Shown in pieces: positions 22,791-34,890 of a stretch of 64,000 nt of DNA. Source of the stretch: Dicyema japonicum. Taxonomy: Eukaryota; Animalia; Dicyemida. Made by a program: the position numbers and the translations under genes. The notes under the pieces were generated by a model. That model was not told the DNA's origin and ran no database searches. It worked only from the letters and a program-made list of their open reading frames with translations. The stretch is from the NCBI GenBank assembly GCA_011109175.1, contig RDEW01000032.1:527334-591333 (forward strand). Direction: 5' to 3'. Within the stretch, counting starts at the first letter, position 1. Each line of letters begins with the position of its first letter.

Positions 22791-24540
22791 CGAGGTGTTT
22801 TTTGGACAGAAAGACGAACAAAACCCAGACATTGGAGTCAAGCTGGACATCTGCAATGCCTTCAATTCATTGAGGAGGGATCAGATTTTCGAAACTACAA
22901 GCAAACGAGCCCCGGAACTTATTAAACTTGTCTTCCTCGCTTACGGAACCATTCTTCACTGGTTTTCGGGGACAAGATTATCTGTCCGGAGACCGGAGTT
23001 CAACAAGGGACCCACTTGGTTCACTACTCTTTGCTCTGGCGATCAATGAAATTGTCCGCTCTATAAACACACAACTAAACCTTTGGTATCTCGATGACGC
23101 CACAATTGAAGGGCCGTGGAGAAAAGTACACGACGTTCTGTCACATGCCGTGCCGGCACTACGAAACCTCGGACTTGAGATAAACATAAAGAAATCGGAG
23201 CTAATAAATATCACATACTCGGAGAGTGATTTCATCAACGTGGTTGAGTCTTTCAACTCGGTACTACCTGGAATTACTGTCGTACCCAGGGAGCGGACAT
23301 ACTTTCTTGGGTGCACACTTGACGAAAAAAACTGCGGAACCATCTACAAACAAAAGAGGATGAACTCTCCAAAGTCACGGAGAAACTCTCCTTACTTGAT
23401 GGTCATACAGCGTTCTTCCTTTTGAAGAATAGCATCGGCTTGCCCAAACTCCTATATGCTCTCCGATGTTCTCCTGCTTCAAACATCGTGACATCCTCCT
23501 GTCACTGGATAGGACATTGAGAAAATCAGCTGAATTGCTTCTAAACATCCACTTTGATGCGCCGAGTTGGAACCAATGCAAGCTTCCTACACGCCTCGGA
23601 GGAACGGGTCTCAGGTCGGCGCTGGAGATCGCCTATCCAGCATATGTGTCATCGCTCTCAAGTGGAACCCTTTTGGTCCAAGAAATCCTACGTATTACAA
23701 CCGGACTCTCTTGGGAAAAAGTCTTCGACGAAGCTCGTTGCGAATGGTGTGAAACTGGTTTGGATATGCCGAACGATCCTTCGAGGCAACGTGACTGGGA
23801 TGATATTTACTCCAAGAATATCTTCGATGTGCTAAAGTCTGAGGCCAACCAGCATCGTCTTGCATGCCTCGTGTCCGCCGCCAACCATGGGAGCGGAGCG
23901 TGGCTGGATGCACTCCCGTGTTCCTCCCTGGGGACCCTATTGGACGATGACTGTATTCGGATTGGGATCGCACAACGCCTGGGAGCTGATGTTTGCGTCG
24001 AACACCAATGTCGCTGTGGAGGGATCGTCGATGCCAAAGGGCTGCACCCGCTCTCGTGCAAAAGGAGCGCGGGCAGAGCACCCCGCCATGCTGCTATGAA
24101 CAACATTGTCTTGCGAGCTCTTGAAGCAGCAGGATTTCCGGCAGTACTGGAACGTGTGGGATTGGACCGCGGAGATGGGAAAAGACCGGATGGGTTAACT
24201 ATCTTTCCGTTCACTGAGGGAAAATCGCTCGTATGGGACTGCACTGTTGTGATTCTTTCTCGAACTCGATGATGCTCAGCTCGGCGCAGTCTGCTGGATC
24301 GGCAGCCGATTTGGCCGAGAAAATCAAGATTAAAAAATATGGCGAAATTGGAGATCGCCGGTAGCAATCGAGACGTCTGGTGCGGCTGGAAGTATTACAG
24401 CCTCTTTCCTAAAGGAAATCGGGGGACAATTGGCCCACCGCAAGAAAGACGTTCGGCTGAGGCAAAGAATTGGTATCGCAGTTGTTCGCGGAAACGCTTA
24501 CTCCGTGATGTCTTCAGCCGCTCTCCCCCATAGTTAATAA
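22790..24540 (+). mobile_element. CRE-type non-LTR retrotransposon, best-preserved copy (5'-truncated, several frameshifts)
   Basis: VKLDICNAFNSLRRD, DPLGSLLF, LWYLDDATIEG, SGAWLDALP..LGTLLDD, CRCGGIVDAKGLHPLSC..RH (CCHC), KRPDG (RLE), and RGNAYSV end. Confidence 0.95.
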
Positions 24541-25019
24541 ATAATATTTTATTGTTAATAAATTTTTGATAGTAAAAAAATGACATAGTTGATAAAAATT
24601 ATCCTTTGTGGAGCCAGAGTAAAATTCTGATCATTCTTAAGCTTGCGTCATCGAGAAATTGTTTCCATATTAGTTTATAACCTGTTAACCAAGTCAAAGG
24701 GTATTGATAAGTCTATTACAGAATGTTGGTGTCATTTCATTAATTCATTTAGAGCCTTATTTCGTAAAACATGTATTGTAAAAGAACCAAGGTTTACATC
24801 AGAGATCTTTATAGGCCAGAATATGTCACGCAACGATAAAATCGTTAAAAACCTACTCCGTCAAAAGACATTATCAACAACACGAATCAATTTATGATTG
24901 TTATCAAGGCGATTCTAAAAACAATTATAAAAATATTATAAATTAAATAAATAATATCTTAGAATGGTTAACTAATAATTTTATAATTAACATATGATTC
25001 TAGTGCTGCAAATTTATAT

Positions 25020-25215
25020 TTCATCGGATTTTGTTGTTTTTGTGTTTTGTTGTTGTTGGATTTTGCTGTTATTTCATCGGATTTTTGTTGTTATATAATT
25101 ATCCTTCATACCGTGCTTGTGTTCAATTAGCGTCCTTTTCAACACAAACTGATTGGACATCAGTCCTTGTTGCTCCTTCAATAGATAATTTATCACAATT
25201 CTTGAAGCAATAACA
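25020..25215 (-). mobile_element. R4/NeSL-like 3' end fragment
   Basis: DKLSIEGATRTDVQSV..KRTL.EHKHGM, homologous to 59058-59360. Confidence 0.7.
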
Positions 25216-25224
25216 ACAAATACT

Positions 25225-25408
25225 GCAATAAACTGACAGATATGAATCTAAGTCAGTTTCCACGGACCTCGACATCTTCTATTGTACCAGCTTTTAAAGA
25301 GCTAATTGATTAATGGTTTATAAATTTACTTTTTTTTATATTAATTAAGTTTAAAAAAATTGGCGGCCCCTACAAATAAAGTAATTTATTGATTCTTGAG
25401 AACCACTG
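25225..25408 (+). mobile_element. hAT (Charlie/Buster-like) 3' terminus
   Basis: GGCGGCCCC..TTGAGAACCACTG (25396-25408) is the reverse complement of a CAGTGGTTCTCAA TIR. Confidence 0.6.
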
Positions 25409-25593
25409 CTCCAAACCATATTGGTTGTTTATCTCCATACTGGAAATACACCTTGACTTTTTGGTAAAAGGTAAAGTCAATATTTGCCACAATTGTACGC
25501 AAGGAATTTATTAGTTGACGGATCTAAATTTTTAGGCTGTCCCCAGTTTTATGAATGGGAATTAATCATCAGTCCCCAAAAGTAAAGTGCATC

Positions 25594-26480
25594 GTTAGTT
25601 AAGTTAGTTAAAGCTCCTTCGCGTAGCCCTAAAAGGGTTTCGCTTGAGCCATGCTTTACAGTCATCCTCCTCGCCATCCTCGCCCACGCCATCTTGATTC
25701 TGGCCTCATTCGAACATCATCCAGGTCGTCTGCTGTCATCAATTTACGACCGATTGTTTCGTAATCATCTTTTAAGCAAATTGGAAGTGTATTTCTTGGT
25801 CTGTCTCGAAATCCGTGACATCCGGAACAGTAGAAATATTCTTCCATTATTCTGTTACACGTCGTAGTCAAGTCCAGTCTACATTTCCAAATAGTTGCCA
25901 TCTCGATAAAATAACGTCCATGCTAATTGGTGTAGATTTACATAGAGCATATAGTTTCTCTTTTTCTCGGCCAGAAGATCCCAGTCAGTATAGCAGTTGA
26001 CTTCTGTGGAAAGTGTCTAGCCTCTCTAAGCGTATTTTGAGGTTCCCCATGTTTTGGGATTGTATATCAATATTGGCTAGATAAACGTGTCGTATAGTCT
26101 GACACGAAGTTTCAGTGAAACACGTTTTTTCTAATCCAGATGTTGTACATTTTTTGAAGTATATGGTTGCCGACATTTTCCTTCTACAAAGTGAGCCGAG
26201 TTTTTGTATGTCTCCAGAGTTCGTCATTTCTTGACTTGGCTCGTTCGATTCGTGTGTAGTCCGTTTTTGTAATATTTATGTGCAGATTCAAATTATTTAA
26301 AATAATTTCGGCTTGGACTAAATTTGTCAACTGGGCTTTCTGGTCAGGGAAGAGAAAAGTTTATATTGTTGCCAGGATAAGGGAGAAGCTACATCATCCG
26401 CGTATAACAATTCAATTATATCTTCGTATTTAGATCCCATTTCCTTCCTCAGCTCCCTGAGGGCAGCTTAAAGTGCATCG
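25594..26480 (-). mobile_element. RTE-clade LINE 3' part with intact 3' UTR and (TAAC)n tail
   Basis: LYADDV, NLHINITKT, RLYDTFI.PILIYN..TWG..LDTFHRSQL, FRDRPRNTLPICLKDD; 3' UTR stem-loop at 25611-25654; tail TAACTAACTTAACTAAC. Confidence 0.9.
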
Positions 26481-26684
26481 GGAAAACCTATATTATTGTT
26501 TTCTTAATAGAAATTATTAAAAAAATAATACTTTTATTTAACAGATTATAAAGTTCTAATTTTTAATTGATAAAATTTCCAGTGATTTTGAAAAATGCCT
26601 CGTGACCTCTCTTGTGGTGGCTTTTGAAAGAAAAGAGTAGCTTCTCCCTTATCCTGGCAACAATATGGACTGTTTCTCTTCCCT
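26346..26684. repeat. About 47-bp near-perfect inverted repeat (26346-26392 and 26637-26684)
   Basis: AGGGAAGAGAAA..ATATTGTTGCCAGGATAAGGGAGAAGCTAC and its reverse complement; the left arm interrupts the RT just after YADD. Confidence 0.9.
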
Positions 26685-26769
26685 ATTTTTCAGAGTTAAA
26701 TAATAATAATTTTCAGACATAAAACCATCCAGAAAATATTTCCAATCAACAAAAAACGATAGCAGAGGA

Positions 26770-26880
26770 CTGCACCTCATTACTTTACTCACAGCCAAAT
26801 CTGGGAAGCCACACACAATTGGAGAAGAACTTATAATACATCAGTTGCTCAGGAGATACGTGCAGCTAACTATTGTTAAC
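26770..26880 (+). mobile_element. hAT-Buster (ZBED5/SCAND3-like) transposase fragment
   Basis: LTAKSGKPHTIGEELII at 26788-26838, the hallmark KPHTIGE motif. Confidence 0.75.
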
Positions 26881-26899
26881 ACAGTAATAAGAATTGAGT

Positions 26900-27400
26900 G
26901 ATAAATATTATGCTTTATTAAAGAAGTATTATTCGTCGAGTGGTAAGAGACGTTGACATAAGCAAGTTTGCAGTGCTACTGAAACAACATGAAGATGTGA
27001 GTAATATGGTTGCTGATGTACCAAATGAGAGATTTCGATTGACCTAAAAAAGTATAAAATTATATTATTTCCTAGATTTGAAAATGAACATTTTTTGTTG
27101 CAATCTATAATTGACGTCTATTATAAGGAATCTTAAAAAATGGTATTAAAGTCGCTGAAAATTTAAAAGAGATCTTCATGGATTATAGCCCGAGCAGATA
27201 TTTACAATTTGATAACGGGACCCAATTCAAGAATATACAAACTGCTCAGTTATGCGAAGAATTCAACTCAAATCCACGGAAGGCCGAACGACCCCTAGAG
27301 TCATGGGATTGTTGAAAAATTCAATCCCAAGATCACAAGAAGTTTGTCAAAATTGCCTAGGCTTAATACCAGTAATACAAAGTCTGACAGACACCAATGA
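26900..27400 (+). mobile_element. KRBA2/Ginger-like DDE integrase, decayed
   Basis: ERF.IDL, VAENLKEIF..YLQFDNGTQFKN..LCEEFN, IHGRP.DP*SHGIVEKFN. Confidence 0.8.
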
Positions 27401-27984
27401 AGAGATAGAAGTAGATAACCCACGTGAATATTTTCTGGACTCTGACGGTCTTTTAGGAATGAATTCATTCATCAGATATACAGAAGAACGAAAAATAGGA
27501 ACTTCCAAGCTTCAGGTTATATGTGTCGCTGAAATAAGCATAATCATATTTTATATTAGAAATCGCCTCCAGCAAATTTTTTGAAAGCCTCCGAAAAGCT
27601 ATTGTATATAAAGAAGCAATTCAGGTTAGACAACATATGTTAGTTTTCGATGCAAATTAAGGACCATTTGACCTATTCCACTCCAAGATAATCTAAAATA
27701 GATTTGGAGTTGCTTTCTTTTTTGAGGACATATTGTCTTGATTCTCTGTGAAAAACAAGAAATGCTTTCATAAACCCAATCTCCACGCGCCCAGTTGCAA
27801 AATAGCCTAAAAATGATGTTTGTCTACCTCGTCCCTTAAAATTTGGTTGTGGAAACTAAATACTTTACTGTTACTCTCAATGCATCAACCCCTTTTGGTA
27901 GATCTCCAATATTCTTTTCTTTGTTGCATGAATACGTATTATTAAGCCAAAATCACCATGATATCAACTAATTATGAGAAAGGT

Positions 27985-28240
27985 ATCAAGTGATCCCAGG
28001 ATGGTATCGATGTTTCTCACTGGAACCACGTATTTGCTGTATGCCCGTTTTTTGGCGGTTATCGTGTTGGACGGATGTGGGACCGGATTTCCCCACGAGA
28101 TCCTCGAACTGGGTTGCCTTTGTCATATTCCCATGAGTTGAAAGATATTCTTGACGGCTCTACACTGTTCACCATCCATGATTGACAGTTGGCTTGATAA
28201 ATTGTGCATACTAGGGACCTACCGTTGAATTGAACGATCT
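27985..28240 (-). mobile_element. LINE 3' end, 'AGIT-stop' family
   Basis: Ends CCTGGGATCACTTGA (GIT*) at about 27990. Confidence 0.55.
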
Positions 28241-28254
28241 TTTATTTTTATTAT

Positions 28255-28500
28255 TTATTAATCCCGGATACACCGAGAAGGAAGTTAAAGTAAACTACTA
28301 ATTAAGTGTATCCAGTTTCCACAGAAACAGAGTCCATTCGGAATCAACATAAAGGGTAAAAAACGTCCATACTTGCAGTTGTGAAAACCCCTCCAGTGGA
28401 GTGTGGGAGAGCAAATGATCCTTTTTCGTGCCGGCCTGGCACTGGGCGCCACCTAGACAGGTGGATTACATGACGGCACTCTAATAGGAAGAGAGAGGAG
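28255..28500 (-). mobile_element. 3' end of the unclassified LINE family (copy 2) with terminal hairpin
   Basis: Matches 1365-1535 and 34505-34640; perfect 8-bp stem at 28266-28273 and 28306-28313. Confidence 0.65.
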
Positions 28501-28899
28501 GAACAGACGAACAAACAGAAACTTCAACCAATTAACCACGAAGTACGATCTTTTGAATTTAGAAATAATATTTTATACAAACTTCGTGGAGACGCCATGA
28601 TTAAATTCAACACACGTTTGCAGAGGGCATCGGTGCGTCGAAGGTTGCTCCAAGAATCTTGACTGAGTACTAGTATGGATTTGTCTCCTTCAGAAACAGT
28701 TGGAAAATACTGTCATTTTGAGTCTCATAAAAAAACGAAAGTATAGATATTATTGGGAGATACCGGCATACATAAAAAGAATAACTACTTTAATTCGTTT
28801 TGCTTAACAAAGTTGCAAAATGACCTTAGTCTGTGGAAATAAGTTCTTACCACTCGTTGTTTTGTTGTTTCATACAAAGCGGCAACTTAAACTAAAATT

Positions 28900-29670
28900 A
28901 CAGAATTATGAGACTAAACCAGTGATTCTACAAATCACCGAATAAGATGCAAGATCGCCTCCGGGTACATCACCCACCAAGGATGTATTACCACAGATTG
29001 GTGGAAGAAATCGGTCATCGCGTATGAACAAGAGCGACTACCATATTATACTTAAAACTGACTCCCAGATTCCGATTAAAGATAGTCTAGCTATCTAATT
29101 AAACGTACAACATCAATACAAAATGTTCAACGCAGAACTAATCCCCGTCCTCTTATGGAAGAGACTGGTGTTGCTTATATTTGGCGTGGACCTACGTAAA
29201 TCAATATAGGAATTCACAAAAATGTACTTCCTATGTTTCATTTTATGAACAAAGTAGTACCTTTTAGGTTACTGCAGGGGACTTGAATGCGAACCGGTTT
29301 TATTAGCAGAAAAGAGGTTGATGCTTCATCAGTGGTCTATCTCTAATGCTATCATCCATCCTCTCCAGCCCCAGTAGACCAATCAAAACTCTCTTTCGGT
29401 AGATATCTATGTAAACCTGACTAGTCTACGATATCCACAACCCCCTCTACCGAGATACTTATGTAAACTGGATGATGTAAATTGTGTCCACTGTTCCTTC
29501 TGAAACTTCTCCGAGTTGACAACAAATAACTTTTTTAATGTCCTGAAAGAGTACAATGTTGGTCTACAATGCCTAGACTGACAGATCTATGGGAGCACTG
29601 GTGTTTGCTGCGTTTTACTTAATAACCGCTGGTCTCTTACAAGTTAGTGAGGCCGGGGTCAATTAATTAA
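28900..29670 (+). mobile_element. I/Nimb-like LINE, internally deleted (APE remnant fused to 3' end)
   Basis: VTAGDLNA at about 29270; the 3' part matches 16300-16520 at DNA level (AAACTGGATGATGTAAA, TCTCCGAGTTGACA). Confidence 0.65.
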
Positions 29671-29766
29671 CTATCTGAAAAAAAAATCTTAATAGTTTCA
29701 TATTTTATGAAAATCACAAAACAGGTATTCTAAATTTAATTAAAAAAACGAAAATTAAAAAAATCG

Positions 29767-30165
29767 TTAAGCCGCGGATTTATTAATAGCACTGTGACAT
29801 AAACTATATTTGGAATCGTCTTCCTTGTCTGGCTTAGACCTGTCTATTGAATTATTAGATTCTTCGATCATCTCGTTGGTATCAATGGACTCATTCACCA
29901 TGCAGGAGTCTCCAGGCTTCTCTAATCCTGTCACCATAACTGATCTGATGCCATCAGCGATGTTAATAAGTAGTTTCGTGTCCACACCATAGTATCCCCC
30001 ATCATCATTCCATTCCATAATCAAATCTTTATGATCGAGAATACGAAATATTTCTGAAATATCTATGTCAGACTGGAGGACCTCATAGTCAGAATCACCC
30101 AAGCTTAACATATCATCTTCCTCAGGTATGATGAAACCAATATTAAAAAAATTTTTTATTAACAT
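29767..30165 (-). CDS. 132-aa acidic hypothetical protein, family not recognised
   Basis: One of the longest non-TE open frames; no motif recognised. Confidence 0.35.
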   Translation of the reverse strand: MLIKNFFNIGFIIPEEDDMLSLGDSDYEVLQSDIDISEIFRILDHKDLIMEWNDDGGYYGVDTKLLINIADGIRSVMVTGLEKPGDSCMVNESIDTNEMIEESNNSIDRSKPDKEDDSKYSLCHSAINKSAA

Positions 30166-31357
30166 TCCAACTCTACAAAATTTTGGGGTTTATATTTCGT
30201 AATAATATTTATTAAGTAAATCAATAATAGCGGCTAACCTCTTTTTTGGCGGTAAAATATTTTCATTGAATAATTAATTTCAGTAGTAGTGTCGGATTTC
30301 CGTGGAAGCAAAATTCCAAAACAATTAAAATACGCATCCATAGCGTGATGCCTGAGCATCAATCCCCATCCGTATAATGCTACCAAAAAATTGTCATCCT
30401 TCGGCATCTGATATTGGTCTCTATGAACCACAACTATTTTTTTACATAATGGTCACTTGAATTTATTCTATAAATTGACATTTTTATCTATTACCTAATT
30501 CACATTGCCCATTGATCAACGTCAATTTGCATGAACTTAGCAATATTGATTACATGAGTAATTGGGATATCAAACGAAATGACCCAAGTCCTTGTCTTGG
30601 TTGGGAATTTAACGAGATAAGAAGTAAGGATGCCAAATGAACATTGGCGAATCGAACGAGATTATAAAAAACAAAAACTCAAATTGTTAAATAGCCAAAA
30701 AAATGAAGTAAATGTAAAGATTATAACGAATATTTAGAATCAGAACCACGTGAGACAGTAAGAGAGTATATAAATTAGAATTTACAGACTGAATTTACTT
30801 TTTCCTTTATATCGTAAAAAAGCGGAATTTTGTAGGTAGACATGGAAGTAATCTTAGATATATGAGGATTCTGCCACGGGCACAAAATTGTGGGTGATAT
30901 GAATTTAAGAAGAAACATTTGACTCATTATTAGTACTCTCAGTCTCATTTAAACTGTCGGTTTTTTTTGACGACTGAAGAATGTAACCCCAAGTGGGCCT
31001 GGCTTATAATTTCAGATTTGTTGAGCACTGTCACATTGTTAAGCAACGATTATTTTGAATCCTACTAGAGTGCAGTTATTTTATTCAAATCGGTAGTTGC
31101 ACGATTGGCGAAGAGGCATCGAGCTATATGGAGGGACCTAAGAGGTCATTTGAGAAGAATATAACAAATGCGTGAGATATATTGCAGGGAACTACTTATT
31201 TTCTGAAAAGATTATATCCGAATCAGCATTACTTCCAGGAGGGAGAATAAAGGAGGTAAACCCTTGGAACAGGTAGCATACTTTCCTTCACATTCGAGGT
31301 AATAGAAATAAATTCCGGGAATTCAACGTGATTTATTTCATGTAACTAAAGGGCACT

Positions 31358-31676
31358 GTGGTTAGGTGTCGAACTAAGTGGTTTAGGTCACGGGTTCGAT
31401 TCTCGCTGCTGTTCACCTGGTGGAAGTTTCCACGCGTCTACAATGCAAAAAGGGCTTGAAGAGTGACGCCGTCATCAGTGGATACTCACTGCGGAACTGG
31501 ATAGTCTAAAGGGACATACACACAAAAAAAAGAAAACAAAAAAGTGAAGAGCATTCCTTGGTTCTCTCTACGATTAGTTATAATAACTGTTCTTTACTTA
31601 AATAAAGTGTGTGTTCTGCATGAGCGAAACCCTAGGCATTTTGCGTGCTTACGGCAACGCGGAAGTGCTTACTTTT
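31358..31676 (+). mobile_element. tRNA-derived SINE, most complete copy
   Basis: A-box-like GTGGTTAG and B-box GGTTCGATTC (31393-31402), internal A-rich linker, stem-loop tail, and an 11-bp TSD TAAAGGGCACT (31347-31357 and 31677-31687). Confidence 0.9.
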
Positions 31677-32144
31677 TAAAGGGCACTTCACAAGAAAAGG
31701 TAAAATTAGCGACTGAATTAACGATATGTATCCGTCTGTGTTGATGAACATGACTTATGAATATATTCAGAGCTCCCAGTCTCTTGAGAAGAGACAGACT
31801 TTTTGTTCATATCTCTAGTTGTTTTACGGCAATTTCCCAAACGTGAACCGGTTCAGGACCCCTTCGTATTTCTTCCCTTTTCTACAGTAGACTACATTTA
31901 TGTCGCTCCCGAAAATGTTGATGCGAGATAGACAGTCAATACAAGTGCTGGACACTTGAATAAGTAATTTTTTATTGATCGGAGCCATCACAGAAAGAAC
32001 CGATTTGAGAGAATACATACGGAGAGAGGGTCGTGGTGCAAAGTCCAAGTCGAGGTAAGACTCAGATTTAATTCCCCTCCAAATAACTCATGACTCTTTC
32101 GTTAATAAATTGTTATTTAAAATAATGAAAATTAGGCAATAATT

Positions 32145-32770
32145 AGGACGACAGAATGGCGAAGGCGTTACCTCTGATAATCGCCATTTCGAGCAATCTG
32201 CCACAACCAGAGTCCCTCCCGTGGCTCGCACCTTTTTGAGGCGAGTTTGCTTCCAATGCTGTTGAGAAAGGCTTCCGTCTTCGCGTTTACAGTTCCAGTT
32301 GTCTCCACAACAATGGAGGCGAAATGGTAGTGGTCTCCGAGGGATTCGTACTGATGGATTTTCTTGACCTTCGCCTGGTCGGCTGCGTCTCCAGGAGAGT
32401 GCGTCGCCGTCAGCAATCTGGCTCCTGAGAAGGTGTCCACACACGTTGCGTCTCAGACAAGTGATTTTCCGTGGGAGTATGGGAATAACGTCATTCCATC
32501 TGGCCTCTTCCCGTCGCCTCTGTCTAAGCCCAATGGTTCCAATTGGGCCGGAAATCCCGCAGTTTTGAGGGCTCGAAAGATGATGTCATTGAGGGCTGCG
32601 TGGTACGGGGCTCGACCAGCACTCCGTCGCCAAGACAGTAAATGTAATCCTTTCGTATCAACGTCACCGTTGCAACGGCATTTTTGTCTTTGGCATATGT
32701 CCAGTCTTAGGCGCAGTGCCACCCCGATCCTCAAGCTGCGGGCTGGATGGAGAATTGTTATTATTATTTG
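32145..32770 (-). mobile_element. CRE-type element, 3' RLE region
   Basis: [45 protein letters not shown]. Confidence 0.9.
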
Positions 32771-32887
32771 AAAAACCGAGAAAGACAAAACCCGTAAAAA
32801 TTAGAAAATCCGTAAAAACAACAAAAGTCAAATCAACTAAGGTTCTACAAAAATCAAGAAATCAAAAAAGTCATAATTTATTGTATT

Positions 32888-33163
32888 GTATTAAATTTTC
32901 TATTTTTTGACTAAACTCAAGAAATTATCGACAATGTCTCTAAGTCATCTTTGGCTAACGACCGTATATTGTAAACGCTAGTTGTTCTGAATCTTGCAGT
33001 CAAGATGGTAGAATCGATGATTTGGTATTAAATTTTCTATTTTTTGACTAAACTCAAGAAATTATCGACAATGTCTCTAAGTCATCTTTGGCTAACGACC
33101 GTATATTGTAAACGCTAGTTGTTCTGAATCTTGCAGTCAAGATGGTAGAATCGATGATTTGGT
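32888..33163. repeat. 137-bp perfect tandem duplication (2 copies)
   Basis: Units start at 32888 and 33025 and appear identical by eye. Confidence 0.9.
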
Positions 33164-33620
33164 CTAACAATTTGAGGCATCAATTGAAAGAACTCAGAGG
33201 AGCATCTCTCAGAAACGTCACATATTAGATAATACAATTCCACGATATATTGCACGGTTTGTAGTTATTATCTTCGATATCGAGATTCGTTGGCTGATTC
33301 TATTCAACTAAATTTCTGAATTCAATCCATCACGTGTGATTCCTCAGAAAATGAGAATTACGGAAAAGCCGTGAGTTTGAATGATATGAAGGTATGTCGA
33401 TAACAAAAGATCCGTTTTTCCGTATCCGTGTATCCGTGGACGGTCAACAGCTGTCCGTCTTGAGCGTAAATGTGATAAACTCCAAATTCTCGTTTAGTCA
33501 GTACAATATCTCTCTTCGTTGAGGCAAAAGTCGATAATCGGTTTAATTTTGTCCACCAAAAGTTGTTTAGGAGAAAAGTCCCTCGGACACAGAAAATCAA
33601 AGATGAAACCAAACGTTTAG
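32900..33620 (-). mobile_element. Possible second KRBA2/Ginger-like integrase, heavily decayed
   Basis: LNNFWW (zinc-finger region) plus weak DN and G.P.H-like remnants. Confidence 0.3.
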
Positions 33621-34504
33621 ATGGATAAACTTTTTAAATTCAGCAAATATTTCTGATGCAAGGTACCTCAGTTTAGGGATTTATCGCGTCACTTCATTTA
33701 CAAAGTTTTTATTTGTAACTGATAGTAAGGGAAAATAGTAGACCGAGTCTATTTTTCGTTGATTTAGTCCGATAACTCTACTTTAAAGATGTCAAGATAA
33801 CTTTCGTCGCTTTTTGTGAAATAAACAGCCTAATAATGCATTAGTACTTACATGTGCTTTTCTGCTCCTGGGAAAGACACGTGGTTTCGACATTCGACCA
33901 AGTTTTTATAAACAAGTAAAATTTCTCCGTTGTGGTCGGTTGTCCGATTACTGCTCGCAAAAATAGAGGCACAAATTTCATTGCGGAATTCTGCAATTTC
34001 ACTACAAAAATTACCTATTAAAATATTCTGCAGTTTGAAATCTTCATTGATTTCATTTTCCCCCAAATTTGCAAATCTTTGTATAAATTATTTTGTACCG
34101 CTTGATGTTGAAAAGTCTGGTTCTCTTGAGGCTGCGAAGCTATAATTCTTGAGTCGTTTTAGGAATAGGATTTCTGCAGGAACTGTAGATCCTAGTGAAC
34201 GCTGATGGTTCTTTGAGCGAACCTCACTCGCCATCCTGAAATGGAATAGCCACGATCATAATATAACTGGGAGAACATAATTATTATTCATTTGGTAGAC
34301 GCTTTAAATCACAGACACCATTTTGATGAAAGGAAAATCTGCTTTTTGAGACTCGACTTATTTGTTACAAATTCGTCTTCAGAAAAGGAGAGAGGAATCG
34401 AGAATGATGTTTTCACAGACTATAGGAACTCTAAGACATTCAACATAAAGGAGTTAACGTCTAGCTGCGTGGCGTCATGTGGTGCTGCGTGGCTAATTGA
34501 TTGA

Positions 34505-34640
34505 AATTATCTGTTCCTCTTCTTTCTCTTCCTATAAAGTGGCATCATGTTATCCATCTGTTTAGGTGGCACCCAGTGCCTGATTGCCACGTAAAAGGAT
34601 CATTTGCTCTCCCGCACTCCACAAAAGGGGTTTCCACAAA
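34505..34640 (+). mobile_element. Unclassified LINE 3' region (copy 3)
   Basis: AAAAGGATCATTTGCTCTCCC.CACTCCAC shared with 28380-28430 (reverse complement); C.DC knuckle remnant. Confidence 0.6.
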
Positions 34641-34890
34641 TGCAACCATAGACGTCTTTTTCAGTGTTTTAAGGTAGATTTGGCCGATTTTTTTATTTTT
34701 CTTTAATCACCAAATCTAAAAGATGTGGAATGGTAGCTTAGTACCTCCTCATGTAATTACTGTCAGATATTATACTTAATTGTGTAGGCTGTCATTATTT
34801 ACTATTTATTCTCTTCAAAAGAAAACTGAGATGTAATCTGTACAACTGATGAATATTATTGGACGCATAATATTTTTTAATCTAAAATTA

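Noticed and set aside
31358-31410. Functional tRNA gene
   Set aside because: It has A/B-box-like motifs but no acceptor stem or cloverleaf, runs into the repeated SINE body, and is bounded by a TSD.
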